Notes: generated from the sequence alone by a model not told the origin. Numbered from the stretch's first letter, positions 51,714-63,500 are shown. The stretch is 64,000 nt of DNA from an uncultured delta proteobacterium (GCA_963821845.1 CAWGFI010000021.1:38404-102403); one strand, 5' to 3'. Translations and numbers: made by a program.

Positions 51714-51877
51714 CTTTGAGGTGTAAACGTCCAAGCCCCGGCCATAATAACCGGAATAAAACACGCGCGGGGGAATTTCTTTTCAGACGACTTCATTCAT
51801 TCGGGGATGACCTATCGGGCGTTCCCGAGCCATATCTTATCCAGATATACAGGATATACCGTATTGCCGTGAATTGT

Positions 51878-51897
51878 TTTTCATTCCCTAATGAAAA
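51878..51897. promoter_or_regulatory. Perfect 8-4-8 palindrome TTTTCATT-ccct-AATGAAAA about 40 bp upstream of the SHOCT lipoprotein gene
   Basis: Seen directly in the sequence. Candidate operator overlapping the promoter region. Confidence 0.3.
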
Positions 51898-51939
51898 GTG
51901 ATCCCGCGTGTCCGGATATCCGCTAAAGGAGTTATAATA

Positions 51940-52266
51940 ATGAGATTAAAGCGAATGATCTTCGTTCTATTGATACTTTCTTCAACTTTTTTTTCCGCTT
52001 GCGCTCAACAGCCCTACAATCACCCCATGGGCGGTTCGGGCTATATGATGGGGTACGGAGGAGGATATGGAGGGATTTTTATGTGGCTGATTTTGATAAT
52101 CATTGCGGGAGTTATCATATATTTTTTTCTGATTAAAAATAAGAATATCGGATTTCCGGGAGCTTCGACCAGAGAGAGTCCAATCGATATCTTAAAAACA
52201 AGGTACGCCAAGGGTGAAATAACAAAGGAAGAGTTCGAAAGACTGAAAAAAGACCTGGAAAACTAG
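51940..52266 (+). CDS. Lipoprotein with Gly/Tyr/Met-rich segment, TM helix and C-terminal SHOCT domain
   Basis: Lipobox-like FFSAC. MGGSGYMMGYGGGYGG. C-terminal KTRYAKGEITKEEFERLKKDL matches the SHOCT motif. AAGGAG SD. Confidence 0.65.
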   Translation: MRLKRMIFVLLILSSTFFSACAQQPYNHPMGGSGYMMGYGGGYGGIFMWLILIIIAGVIIYFFLIKNKNIGFPGASTRESPIDILKTRYAKGEITKEEFERLKKDLEN

Positions 52267-52349
52267 ATTCGCCGGTCTCTCCCGGTGGTCGAGGATCGTA
52301 TCCTCGAAACGTATCCGTGAGAGCGCCGGAGAAAAATCGGAGGCTCGCC

Positions 52350-52868
52350 ATGAAGTACCTATGGACCGTGATCATTGTCCTCGTTGTCTTGGGACTCGGA
52401 GCGCTCTTGTACGCCGTGTCCGGTACTTACAACATTGCCGCGACGGAACCCCATTGGAAGGCCACGAAGTTATTTATCGACATGGTCAAGGACCGGTCCA
52501 TTGAAGCGCACAGTAAAGATATCCAAACACCTGACTTGAATAATCCAAAGCTCAAGAAAACCGCCTTTCCGCACTTTCATGAAATGTGCCGACTCTGCCA
52601 TGGCGCTCCGGGGTATACGCGGGAAGAATTTGCGGAGGGGCTCTATCCATCCCCGCCATCCCTGACTTCCGGGAACATCCAGCAAGAACTCAGCGAACCC
52701 GAAATCTACTGGATCCTGAAACATGGTCTGAAAATGACCGGGATGCCCGCCTTCGGGCCGACCCACAGTGATGAAATACTGTGGGGCCTGGTAGCCCTGG
52801 CAGAGGAGATGCCCACCCTGTCCCCCGAACAATACCGCCAGATGGTCGAAAAACAGGACTCGGAATAG
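52350..52868 (+). CDS. Membrane-anchored c-type cytochrome (single CxxCH)
   Basis: N-terminal TM helix, haem-binding CRLCHG, and a distal Met (GLKMTGMPAF). Confidence 0.65.
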   Translation: MKYLWTVIIVLVVLGLGALLYAVSGTYNIAATEPHWKATKLFIDMVKDRSIEAHSKDIQTPDLNNPKLKKTAFPHFHEMCRLCHGAPGYTREEFAEGLYPSPPSLTSGNIQQELSEPEIYWILKHGLKMTGMPAFGPTHSDEILWGLVALAEEMPTLSPEQYRQMVEKQDSE

Positions 52869-53044
52869 GAGGAGAGCCACGAACACTGAAAATCCAAAGG
52901 GGAGAAAAATCAGGATCGGGGCAGGGTAAACCTTCGGCTCACGACAAAGAGGGGTAGGATCATTTCTCGGGAAAATACATCCATGAGCGAAGCGAAGAAT
53001 AAAAAAGGCCCTGATTCATCGAATAGCCCGACGAAACATGAGGG

Positions 53045-54121
53045 TCATAACGGACCGGAAAACGAATTATGCGGGGGAGCCAGTTCATTTTTCAAACTAT
53101 GAAGGCTCTCTTTACCGGCGCCCGCTGAGGGCAGCCTTACTTTAAAAGTAGTTCCATGTTCCAAATCGGAAATCACCTCGATTGAACCTCCATGGGCCTC
53201 GACGATTTTCTTTACGTTCGCCAACCCCAAACCTGTGCCCTCTTTTTTCATGCTGAAAAACGGAGTGAATATTTCTTCTTTCTTTTCGGGAGGTATTCCG
53301 CACCCGCAATCAATCACTTCCAGAAATACACTCGAGTCATCATGATGCGACCGTACTGTCACCGTCTGACCCGAAAGTGAAGCCTGAATCGCGTTGCCGA
53401 CCAGGTTGACGAGAACCTGTTCCATCCTCATTCGATCCATTTGCATATCCGGGAGTTCGTTGAAGAGCTCAGTTTCAAGTTTAATCTTTTGTAGTCTGGC
53501 CACTTCATCCAGTACCGGCAAGTTCTCCCGCACCATATCGTTCAGATTTTCCCTTGACTTGTTGAGTCCCAGCGGCCGCGCAAAGACCAGCATGTCTTTA
53601 ACCATGGCTTCCAGTTTTTTTGTTTCCCGGATGACCACATCGAGCTTGTCTTGGTCCGGATCATCGAGGTTCAGCTTCTTCTTGACCAGATTAGTAAATC
53701 CGCCGATCGCAATGAGAGGAGTTTTCATGTCGTGAACGACACTGGAGATCGCCCTCCCCATGGCGGCCAGACTTTCAGAGGCCAGCATGCGCGCATGTTC
53801 CTTTTCTTCCCTGTCCCTCAGATATCCCAAAACAACGGCGACAACGTTATAAACCGTCAGGTTGATTATTCTGTTGAGATCCGCCACCGAAAAATCCCGC
53901 CAATACATAATCATAAAGGGTAGATACAAAATCGTAATGGTCAGGGATGTCGCCAGCCCCCCCTTCATTCCATACCAGAAACTGGCAAGGATAATGGGCA
54001 GAAAATAGAGCCCCTGATAGAATACGTGCTCATGGCCCAGGGTGCGCTGCGTGAAATAGTGCAGGCAGGTGATGGTTATGACGAGAAGCGCAATGAGCAA
54101 GCTCTTCATGGTATCATTCAT
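53045..54121 (-). CDS. Sensor histidine kinase with N-terminal multi-TM sensor; no cognate response regulator adjacent
   Basis: H-box VVHDMKTPL, N-box LVGNAIQAS, G-boxes DCGCGIP and GTGLGLANVKKIV. Confidence 0.8.
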   Translation of the reverse strand: MNDTMKSLLIALLVITITCLHYFTQRTLGHEHVFYQGLYFLPIILASFWYGMKGGLATSLTITILYLPFMIMYWRDFSVADLNRIINLTVYNVVAVVLGYLRDREEKEHARMLASESLAAMGRAISSVVHDMKTPLIAIGGFTNLVKKKLNLDDPDQDKLDVVIRETKKLEAMVKDMLVFARPLGLNKSRENLNDMVRENLPVLDEVARLQKIKLETELFNELPDMQMDRMRMEQVLVNLVGNAIQASLSGQTVTVRSHHDDSSVFLEVIDCGCGIPPEKKEEIFTPFFSMKKEGTGLGLANVKKIVEAHGGSIEVISDLEHGTTFKVRLPSAGAGKESLHSLKNELAPPHNSFSGPL

Positions 54122-54343
54122 TTTTTCATTAGGCCTCCGTTGCGATCGAGCCGGCGCGCGCCGAATAAAGTTTCGCGCGCAAGTCGAATATCGTGAGTTT
54201 CCATGGATTTAACGTAACCATCTGAAATGAGGACGCTGCTCAATCGATACGCCGGTTTTCTTCAGAGTGGCCTTTTCCCAGGCATTGAGCGCTTCCGCCC
54301 GAACCGGAGGCGAAGAGTATGTCCGGAAGGTCGCGCCGGTTCA

Positions 54344-57300
54344 TCATGTCTTCTCCCGACTCCGCGCTTCAAGGCGCAGTTGTCTGGCGCGCCAGATCTC
54401 GTATAGGATGGGGACGATGATCAAGGTGAGCGCGGCGGCTGTCACCATACCGCCAATCATGGGGGCGGCGATTCGTTTCATGACCCGGGCCCCGGTTTCA
54501 TTACTCCACATGATCGGGACGAGGCTGGCGATGATGGCGCAGACGGTCATCATTATGGGTCGGACCCGTTCCCCCGCGCCTTCCATAATGACTTCATACA
54601 AATGTTCGCCCTTCATATCCTCCGTGATCCGACGTCGCTCCTCAAAGGCTCGATCGAGGTAGATGATCATAACCACGCCGATCTCCGCGGCCACGCCGGC
54701 AAGGGCGATAAAGCCCACCATGACCGCCACGCTCAAGTTATATCCCAGCAGGTAAATGAACCAAATGCCGCCCACGGTCGCGAATGGCAATGTCACCATC
54801 ACGATGAGCACTTCCGTGAGGTTCTTGAAATTCAGATATAATAAAAGAAAGATGATCAAAAGGGTGACCGGTACCGCCACCTTGAGCCGTTGCCGCGCCT
54901 GCTGAATGTATTCATACTGGCCGCTCCAGTTAAGGCTATAGCCGGCAGGCAGCGTTATTTTATTTTCAACCGCTTTTTGGGCCCGATCAACGTAACTGCC
55001 GACATCCTGTCCCTGGTTGATGTCTACATAGATCCACGCCTGGGGGCGCGCTCCTTCGGTCTTTATGGCTGGGGGCCCTGTTCGCGGATGTATATCCGCC
55101 ACCTGCTCGAGAGGAACACTGACACCCAGGGGAGTGGAGACCAGGACTCGGCGCAGATCCTCGGGACTTTGGCGCAGATCCCGCTCATACCTTACGTTGA
55201 CCGGATACCGCTCCAGCCCCTCGATGGTGGTGGTGATGTTCATCCCGCCAATGGCTGACTGAATCACCTCGTTTATATCGTCAACAGTGAGGCCGTACCT
55301 GGCCGCCTCCTTCCGCTTAATCACGAAATCCATGTAATAGCCGCCCGCCACTCGCTCGGCGTAAACGCTTCGGGTACCGGGAATATTTCGAATAACCGAT
55401 TCAACCTGTTCGCCGAGTTTTTGCAGGACGCTGAGATCGGCCCCGGTGATCTTGATGCCGACCGGGGTTTTGATGCCGGTCGAGAGCATGTCGATTCGCG
55501 TTTTGATGGGCATGGTCCAGGCATTGGTTACGCCGGGGAATTTAATGAGGCGGTCGAACTCGTCGGTGAGTTTTTCCATGGTCATGCCCGGTCGCCACTG
55601 GTCCTCGGGTTTCAGGATGATCGTTGTTTCCAGCATGGAAAGCGGGGCCGGATCGAGCGGGGTGCGGGCGCGGCCCACCTTTGCCAGCGCGTGCTTGACC
55701 TCGGGCACGGTCATGATCAGCTTGTTGGTCTGCTGAGCCACCGCCGTGGCCTCCGTGATGGAGACGCCAGGCAAAAGGGAGGGCATGTAAAGCAAATCCC
55801 CCTCGTTCAAAGGGGGTATGAATTCGGAGCCGAGGCGTTCATAGGGCAAAACGGTCAGCGCCAGGACGATTGCGGCGCCCAGCAGGATAAGCCAACGCAG
55901 TTTCAGCGCCAGGCGCAGGATAGGCCGGTAAACCCAAATGAGAAAGCGATTGATCGGGTTCTTGGCCTCCGGAAGGATGCGCCCTCTGATCAGGTAGCCC
56001 ATCAGCACCGGCACAAGGGTTATGGACAGGATAGCCGCGGCGGCCATGGAATAGGTTTTAGTAAATGCGAGGGGGGAGAACATTCGTCCGGATTGTCCCG
56101 TAAGAGCGAAGACGGGCAGGAATGAAACGGCGATAATCACCAAAGAGTAGAAAAGCGAAGGCCCCACCTCCTTGGTCGCGTCGACAATGATATCCCAATG
56201 AGGTTTTTGGCCCTTATCTCTTTCCAGATGCTTATGAACGTTTTCGATCATGACAATGACGCCGTCAACCATAGCCCCGATGGCTATGGCGATGCCTCCC
56301 AGGGACATTATGTTGGATACGATTCCCTGAAAATACATGGCCGTCATGGCAATGAGGATGCCGATCGGAAGTGTGAGGATGCCGACGAGGGCCGAGCGCA
56401 GATGCAGCAGAAACACGATGCAGACGAGGGCGACGATGCAGCTTTCTTCAATCAATTTACTACGCAGCGTGTTTTGCGCGCGGTGGATCAGATTGGAGCG
56501 GTCGTAAATGGGAAGAATCTCCACGCCATCAGGGAGACCGGGCTTGATCTCCTCGATCTTTGCCTTTACCCGGTTTATGACCGCCAAGGCGTTGTTCCAG
56601 TAGCGCATCTCGATGATGCCCGCGACCGCGTCCCCCTGATTATCGAGCTGGATCGCCCCGCGCCTGATGTCCGGACCGAGGTTCACATGACCGATATCGC
56701 GCACCAGAATAGGCGTGCCGTTCATGTCCACCCCGACGGGGATCTGTTCGATGTCCTCCAGTTTTTCGATGTAGCCGATCCCCTCGACCATGTATTCGGT
56801 CTCGAAATACTCGACGACGCGCCCTCCCACGTCGTTATTACTGCGCCGGATCGCCATCATCACCTTGCTGAGCGGCACGTTATAGGCCAACAGCCGGTCG
56901 GGATCGATTTTGACCTGATATTGTTTCACAAACCCGCCGACCGAAGCCACGTGGGCGACTCCGGGCACGGTCTGGAGCTGATACCGCAAATACCAGTCCT
57001 GGATGGATCTCAGTTGGGCCAGATTGTGTTTGCCCGTGTGATCCACGACCGCGTACTCGAACACCCAGCCGACCGAAGTCGCATCCGGCCCGAGCACGGG
57101 GGTGACCCCGGCCGGCAACTGGTTCTGCACGAAGCTCAGGTACTCCAGCACCCGGCTCCGCGCCCAATAGATGTCGGTTCCGTCCTCAAAAATCACATAC
57201 ACAAACGACAGCCCGAAATAGGAGTATCCGCGCACCACTTTGGCCTTGGCGACCGACAGCATGGTAGTGGTGATGGGGTAGGTCACCTGGTCTTCCATGA

Positions 57301-57478
57301 TCTGCGGCGGCTGCCCCTGCCACTCGGTGAAAATGATGACCTGCACGTCGCTCACGTCAGGAAGCGCATCGACAGGGATATTGGCGAAGGAGTATATGCC
57401 CGCTCCAATGGCGGCGACGGTGAACAGCAGGACCAGCAGTTTATTGCGCACCGAAGCCTGGATAATCTTGTTGAGCAC
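54344..57478 (-). CDS. czcA: Heavy-metal efflux RND permease, CzcA/CusA family
   Basis: 1044 aa, 12 TM helices with two large periplasmic loops. Family-typical N-terminus MLNKIIQASVRNKLLVLLFTVAAIGAGIYSFANIPVDALPD. Confidence 0.9.
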   Translation of the reverse strand: MLNKIIQASVRNKLLVLLFTVAAIGAGIYSFANIPVDALPDVSDVQVIIFTEWQGQPPQIMEDQVTYPITTTMLSVAKAKVVRGYSYFGLSFVYVIFEDGTDIYWARSRVLEYLSFVQNQLPAGVTPVLGPDATSVGWVFEYAVVDHTGKHNLAQLRSIQDWYLRYQLQTVPGVAHVASVGGFVKQYQVKIDPDRLLAYNVPLSKVMMAIRRSNNDVGGRVVEYFETEYMVEGIGYIEKLEDIEQIPVGVDMNGTPILVRDIGHVNLGPDIRRGAIQLDNQGDAVAGIIEMRYWNNALAVINRVKAKIEEIKPGLPDGVEILPIYDRSNLIHRAQNTLRSKLIEESCIVALVCIVFLLHLRSALVGILTLPIGILIAMTAMYFQGIVSNIMSLGGIAIAIGAMVDGVIVMIENVHKHLERDKGQKPHWDIIVDATKEVGPSLFYSLVIIAVSFLPVFALTGQSGRMFSPLAFTKTYSMAAAAILSITLVPVLMGYLIRGRILPEAKNPINRFLIWVYRPILRLALKLRWLILLGAAIVLALTVLPYERLGSEFIPPLNEGDLLYMPSLLPGVSITEATAVAQQTNKLIMTVPEVKHALAKVGRARTPLDPAPLSMLETTIILKPEDQWRPGMTMEKLTDEFDRLIKFPGVTNAWTMPIKTRIDMLSTGIKTPVGIKITGADLSVLQKLGEQVESVIRNIPGTRSVYAERVAGGYYMDFVIKRKEAARYGLTVDDINEVIQSAIGGMNITTTIEGLERYPVNVRYERDLRQSPEDLRRVLVSTPLGVSVPLEQVADIHPRTGPPAIKTEGARPQAWIYVDINQGQDVGSYVDRAQKAVENKITLPAGYSLNWSGQYEYIQQARQRLKVAVPVTLLIIFLLLYLNFKNLTEVLIVMVTLPFATVGGIWFIYLLGYNLSVAVMVGFIALAGVAAEIGVVMIIYLDRAFEERRRITEDMKGEHLYEVIMEGAGERVRPIMMTVCAIIASLVPIMWSNETGARVMKRIAAPMIGGMVTAAALTLIIVPILYEIWRARQLRLEARSREKT

Positions 57479-57483
57479 CCTGT

Positions 57484-58926
57484 CTACTTCCCTTCCTGAT
57501 GTTCCCGGGCGGGCTGGGAGTCCTTCGGTTGTTTCTCCCCCTCCTGCATGTTCATGTCGGAAGATTGCTGTTCGCCGTCGCCTTCGGGCATGAGCATCTT
57601 ACCGATGGCCGAGCGCAGGCTGCTCTCCGAGTTGATGAGAAATTCCGCTGAAGTCACCACCCGTTCGCCTTCTTTCAGGCCGTCGAGCACCTGGAATTCA
57701 TCTCCCGCCTGGGCGCCCAGAACCAAATCGCGCGGCGCGAACTTGCCTTCGCCCAGGGCAACCAGGGCAATATTGCGCTTGCCGGTGCGCAGGACCGCTT
57801 GAATGGGAATCGCAAGCCCCTCGCGCACAATGGTCGAATGAATGACCACATTGGCCCACATGTCCGGTTTGAACTCGAAGTCCGGAGTGTTCGTGAATTC
57901 CATGCGGACTTGAATGGTTCGGGTCATGTTCTTGAGATATGGATAGACGTAGACAATCTTGCCGTGAAAACTTTTGCCGGGTTGGTAGGCGAGGGTCATC
58001 TCCGCGTCCTGCCCCAGTTGCAGCCACGGCGCTTCGTATTCGTACACCTCCGCCATAACCCACACGGTGGATAAATCCGCGATGCCGTAGACGCTCTGCC
58101 CCATCTGCAGGAAGCCGCCCTGCGGGATGTTTCGTTCGACGACAATTCCCTTGAACGGCGCGTAGAGCGCCATGGTTCGGGCAATCTTGCCTTTTTTGCG
58201 CAGAGCCGCGATTTGCGCGTCCGATATGTCCCAATAGCGCAACCGTGTTTCAGCGGCCCGCAGCAGGCTTTCGGCGCCTTCGGCCGCGCCCGGAACGGAG
58301 CTGTTTTTCATGCGTTGATAATAGTTCAGCGTGGTCAGGTATTCTTCCTGCGTGGACACGAGATCGGGACTGTAGATTTCAAGCAGCTTTTGGCCACGCT
58401 CCACGACCTGTCCGGTGTAATTGACGAACTGCTGTTCAATCCACCCGCCGACCTTGGGCGCGATTCGCCGCATTTTTTGCTCATCATAGGCGATTCGTCC
58501 GATGGTCCTGATATCATGCGTGAGCCGTTTAGGTTTAACGACCATGGTCGTCACTCCGATGTCCTGAACCATCACCGGGTCGATCCGCACTTCACCGGGA
58601 GCGCCTCCACCCTCTTCTCCGGCGTACACCGGTACCAGATCCATGCCCATGGCGTCCTTGCCGGGGGTCTTGGATACGTACGTGGGGTCCATGGACGACT
58701 TCCAGTACAGAATTTTGCGATCCTTTTCCTCCTTCCCCGGCTTCTCCTTTTCAGCCGCGGCCATGCTCTGCTTCGCTCCGGGCGCCGCCTTCTCTTCTTC
58801 TCCCGTTATTGACTTCAATCCGACGCGCAGAGACTCCATAAGGCCGGGATGCGTCCACAAAAACCAGGAGGCCGCCGGAATGAAAATGATGAGCGCCACG
58901 GTCAGAAGGATGTATCGCAATCTCAT
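57484..58926 (-). CDS. czcB: Heavy-metal efflux RND periplasmic adaptor (CzcB/CusB family)
   Basis: CusB-type N-terminal metal-binding motif ILYWKSSMDPTYVSKTPGKDAMGMDLVPVY, then the MFP lipoyl and beta-barrel regions. 6 bp from czcA. Confidence 0.85.
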   Translation of the reverse strand: MRLRYILLTVALIIFIPAASWFLWTHPGLMESLRVGLKSITGEEEKAAPGAKQSMAAAEKEKPGKEEKDRKILYWKSSMDPTYVSKTPGKDAMGMDLVPVYAGEEGGGAPGEVRIDPVMVQDIGVTTMVVKPKRLTHDIRTIGRIAYDEQKMRRIAPKVGGWIEQQFVNYTGQVVERGQKLLEIYSPDLVSTQEEYLTTLNYYQRMKNSSVPGAAEGAESLLRAAETRLRYWDISDAQIAALRKKGKIARTMALYAPFKGIVVERNIPQGGFLQMGQSVYGIADLSTVWVMAEVYEYEAPWLQLGQDAEMTLAYQPGKSFHGKIVYVYPYLKNMTRTIQVRMEFTNTPDFEFKPDMWANVVIHSTIVREGLAIPIQAVLRTGKRNIALVALGEGKFAPRDLVLGAQAGDEFQVLDGLKEGERVVTSAEFLINSESSLRSAIGKMLMPEGDGEQQSSDMNMQEGEKQPKDSQPAREHQEGK

Positions 58927-58928
58927 CG

Positions 58929-60260
58929 CTATCCCTTTCCAGAGCCCTTCATTCCGTCAGACGGGCCAGGCCGCGGCTCGATGTGGCCGCCCAGAAGCTC
59001 CTCCAGTTCAGCCCGCCTCTGATAGACGCTGAACACATAGTAGTCGCTTTGCAGTTCCAGACGAAGCGCCTGAAGTTGGGCGCGTATCATGGTATTGAAT
59101 TCAACCTTGCCCACCTGATAGGCGGCAAGGGTGGACTTGGCCCACTGTTGCGCCTGGAGTATCAGGGCGTCGTTGTACACGTGATAATTCTCTTGAAATG
59201 TGTTGATTTCGGTCACCAGCGCGCTGACCTTATGAGGAAGCGTCTCCGCGAGGTTCCGGTAGGAATGTTTGGCGGCTTCCTGGCGCCGGTTCGCCGCGCC
59301 GAGCTTTTTGTCCTGCTTGGTCCTGAACCAGACGGGAACATTAATGGATACCGAAAGCGAAGCGAAATCCGGCAGATCACGGCCCGTGAGGTCTTTCTCG
59401 CGCTGTCCGTAAGCGGCCGATACATTCATATCGGGCCAGTAGTCTTTTTTCGCTAAATCCACCTCCACGGCAGCCTGATCGATTTCGGCCTGTCGCGCTC
59501 CAAGCCGAGGATTCTGTTTGAGGCTCAGGTCCTGCAAGGTCTTGACGTCAAGTTTCAGATCGGGGGAGGGCAAGCGGTCGGGAGGCGTGACGGGGGTAAA
59601 CATATCCGTGTTGAGCAGTTCGTTGATTCGGTCTTCAAGGGTCTGGCGTTTTCGTTCCAGGGTGACTTTTTCGTCGACGAGTTTGGTGAGTTCAACGTGA
59701 GCCTCCAGGACGTCCTGTTGAATGCCTTTTCCGGTGGCGTAACGGCTCTCCGCCACCTTGCGGAGCTGCTCGACCAGATCGGAGAGACGCCGGTTTATTT
59801 CCAGTCCCCGCTCGACATAACCCACTTCGTAGTACGTGACCGCTATCCGGCGGGCAAGCTCGAATCTTTTGGCGCGCAGATTCCATAACTGGCGATTGGC
59901 TATTGCCGTCTGCCGCTGTTCTCGCAGACCGAGCTTCCCAAACCAGGGGAATTTTTGTGAAAGAGAAACCACCTTCTGGGTCATGGGCTCCTGCTCGAAG
60001 CTGAAGGTGTCGACCGGGACATTCACGGCGCCGAAGCCCAGCATCGGATCGTCCAGTGATCCCGCATAGGGGATCAGCTCTTTTTGGCTGGCCAGCTCCT
60101 GTTCCATGCTCGAGATTTCATTGTTTTGCGCCAGCCCCTCCTCAATGAGACGGGCGAGATCGGGAGGCGACCATATGGGAGACTCCACCTGCGCAAAACT
60201 AACAGCGCAGACGGTTAGACCTACCAGAAATATCAACAGGCTTATGCACAATCGTCTCAT
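58929..60260 (-). CDS. czcC: TolC-family outer membrane efflux protein (CzcC-like)
   Basis: Signal peptide, two-repeat coiled-coil OEP architecture. 3 bp from czcB. Confidence 0.8.
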   Translation of the reverse strand: MRRLCISLLIFLVGLTVCAVSFAQVESPIWSPPDLARLIEEGLAQNNEISSMEQELASQKELIPYAGSLDDPMLGFGAVNVPVDTFSFEQEPMTQKVVSLSQKFPWFGKLGLREQRQTAIANRQLWNLRAKRFELARRIAVTYYEVGYVERGLEINRRLSDLVEQLRKVAESRYATGKGIQQDVLEAHVELTKLVDEKVTLERKRQTLEDRINELLNTDMFTPVTPPDRLPSPDLKLDVKTLQDLSLKQNPRLGARQAEIDQAAVEVDLAKKDYWPDMNVSAAYGQREKDLTGRDLPDFASLSVSINVPVWFRTKQDKKLGAANRRQEAAKHSYRNLAETLPHKVSALVTEINTFQENYHVYNDALILQAQQWAKSTLAAYQVGKVEFNTMIRAQLQALRLELQSDYYVFSVYQRRAELEELLGGHIEPRPGPSDGMKGSGKG

Positions 60261-60575
60261 TCACGCCCCCTCCTTCTCTGTTGAAAAGAAGAGCCGAGCT
60301 ATGCCGCCTCATTGTTCTATGCGGAGACGGCGCTCACCTTCAATCACATCCAAGAACAAGTTTTAATCCTATTGATAACCATAATACACGTCTCCTTGCC
60401 GGATTACGATATCAAACAGGTAAAATCGACCGATTTCCACGATTATTTGCGTAGGGATGGGCAAAGTAATTTCCTAAACTACTGAAGCGCTGGGTAGTAT
60501 AAACAGCAGAAATATTATTCGGATTGCTGCGCCAAAGCGGCTTCCTTTATTCGACACGGGGAGAGCGGCTCACGA

Positions 60576-63500
60576 TCATTCCTTATGGTATCGAAGGATT
60601 TTCAAGAACACGGGCAGCGACAGAAGGACAAGCGGCAGTTGCACGAGCAGGCCGGATATTATGGCGATGGCGAGAGGCTGCTGCATGGCAGCCCCTTGAC
60701 CGATGCCCAGGGCAAGAGGAAGAAGCGCCAGGATGGTTGCGAATGTTGTCATGGCGATGGGTCTCATACGGTTTTTGCCAGCGGCGATGAGCGCGCCGGC
60801 GGTGTCCGCCCGGGCAGGTAGATCATAATATTCCGACGCGTAAAAGATTCCAACTTCTGTTACGATGCCTACAATCATGGTCATGCCCATCATGGAGGTG
60901 ATATTCAGCTCAGTCCCGGTAATCCAGAGTCCGATAAAAACGGCCGACACCGCAATCAGAGTGGTCAAAAGAATGGATAGCGCCACGCGGAAGCTCTCGT
61001 AGAGAAAGAGCAGAAGCAAAAACACCAGCAACACCGCGGCAAGAAAAACCATAATGAGGCCCGTGAAAGCAATTTGTTGCTGTTCGTACAGGCCCCCCAG
61101 GCTGTAATAAACGTCTTTTGGCAAAAAACCGGGATGATTGAGGATAGTCTTTATCCGGCGGATCACTGATCCCATGTCACTGCCGCTGATGCGGCCGGTG
61201 ACGGCGATCATGCGTTTGAGGTCGTCGCGCATGATTTGAGGCTGTCCGGTGACGGTCGTAATGTTCGCTATTCTTTCTATGGGAAAGATATGTCCGTCCG
61301 GGGCCCGCAGTTGGAGGTGTTTTATGTTCCAAATGGTTTCCCTCGTCGTCTCGGGAACCCAAACCCTTACGCCAACCATCCTGGGCCCACGCTGAACCTG
61401 GGTGGTAACCACTCCGCTCAAGATTTCCCGCAGGATTTTGGTGGCCCATTCCGGGTCCACTCCTTCCAGGGAGGCCCTGACACGGTCGATTTTAATGTCG
61501 AGCGCGTCTCCCGCGACCACCACCCCGTCGTTCACTTCCACCACGCCCGGAACTTTTCCGATGGCCTCGGCCACTTGGGGGCCAAGCTTTCCCAGGAGTT
61601 CTCCGTTATCGGAATAAAGCTTGATCTCAATTGGCTGAGGCACTGCGGTGAGGTCGCCAATGAGGTCTTCCATGAGCTGCGCCATCTCAATGTGAATACC
61701 GGGAACGGTTTTTTCTATTTTCGCTCGCACATCATCCATGACCGTCCAGATCGGGGGCCGAGGAAGCGGCTTCAAACGGACAAAAAAATCGCCTTCGTTG
61801 GCTTCAGTCAACGTGCCGCCGAGCGCAAGGCCGGTGCGTCTGGAATAGGTTGCGACGGCCGGTGTGGAGCGAAGGATGTCCCCAACCTGATTCAGCAACC
61901 GGTTTGTCTCTGAAAGCGAAGTTCCCGATGGCGTTATGTAATCGAGGATAAATCCGCCCTCATCCATGGACGGCATGAACCCGGAGCCCACCTGTGAATA
62001 GCCCAGCCAGCCGAACAGCGCGAGCGGTAATACAATGAGAAGAACCAGCCAGGGGTGGGTCAGAAGTGCGGCGCATGAGGGCTTCGTATCCCCTTTGCAT
62101 GTATCGAGCAAGAGTTCCGTCTTCTTTTTTCTCGGCGTCCTTGGCGCTCAATATGTGATCGGCCAAAAGCGGTTCGGCGAGCCAGGCGACGAAGAAGGAG
62201 ATAAAGAGGGCGGCCGCCATGGTGAGGGAAAGGGACTTGAAAAAGGCGCCGGTAACTCCCGACAGGAAAGCGAGCGGCAGGAATATGATAACCGTCGAGG
62301 CCGAGGAGCCCATAAGCGGCCTGCTGAACTCCCGGGCGGCGCGCATCACCAGTTCGTGATGATCGCCCGCGCCGCCTCGCATCCTCCGCATGATGTGCTC
62401 CACCATGACGATAGTGTCATCGATGATGAGGCCGACTGCCGCCGCCATGCCCCCCAGGGTCATGATATTGAAGCTCATGTGCAGGACGTAGAGCAGAAGC
62501 ACGGTGGCCGCGAGAACGCTCGGCACAGAAATGATCGCTATCAGGGTGATTTTTATGCTGCGCAGGAAAAGGAGCAAAATCAGCGCGGCAAGCACTACTC
62601 CGATCAATATGGCCTCGCGGACGCTCGCCGCGGATGAGAGGATCAGCTCGCTTTGATCATACCAGGATCGAAATGTTCACATCCTCGGGCAAATGCTTGT
62701 GAAACTGAGTGAGCTTCGCTTTCAGATCGTTATCAATTTGCACGGTGTTGCCGCCCGGCTGCTGGTAGATCTGAAAGAGGACCGCCTCGTGCCCATCGGC
62801 CGTGACTTTGGTCCATTCCGGTTTTGTGGCCCGAGCTACGGTGGCAACATCTCCCACAAGCACCACTCCGTCTTTTCCGGAGCGAAGCGCTGTCATGCTG
62901 ATGCTGGCAAGATCCGAAAAGCGTGTGTCGGATATGCCCAGGTAGAGCTTGTAGTGATCCTCGAGACGCCCCACGGCCATAATGACATTGGAAGCGGAAA
63001 GGGCATTTGCCACATCGCTAAAAGTGAGGCCAAAGGAGGCAAGTTTCGCAGGGTTCACTGTAACCCGGTACTCTTCCTGCTCTCCACCGACGACACCGAC
63101 CTTGGCTACGCCTTTGACGGTGGACAGAAGCGGTCTCAGCTGATAGAGCGCGATATCCCGAAGCTCAACGAGTGAACGAGCGTCCGAGGTCATGCTGTAG
63201 GCCAGGACGGGAAACACCGTCGGGTCCATGCGCCGCACTTCGAAAGTGGTCCCGCTGGGAAGCCCCGAGAGGGATTGATTTATCGCCGACTGAACCAGGA
63301 GCAGATTGGACACCATGTCCTGCCCCCACTCGAACCTGGCTGAAATATTGGCGCTTCCACGGGTTGTGGTCGAGCGGATGTTCACAACGCCCGGAACCGC
63401 CCGGATAGCCTCCTCTACCGGCCAGGTGACTTCAAGGGCCATCTGGTCCGCCGGACGGTCCCCCGCATCGAGACTCACCTCGATACGAGGGAAGCTGATT

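Noticed and set aside
56198-57499. 433-aa ORF antisense to czcA
   Set aside because: Antisense artefact inside a well-supported RND permease.
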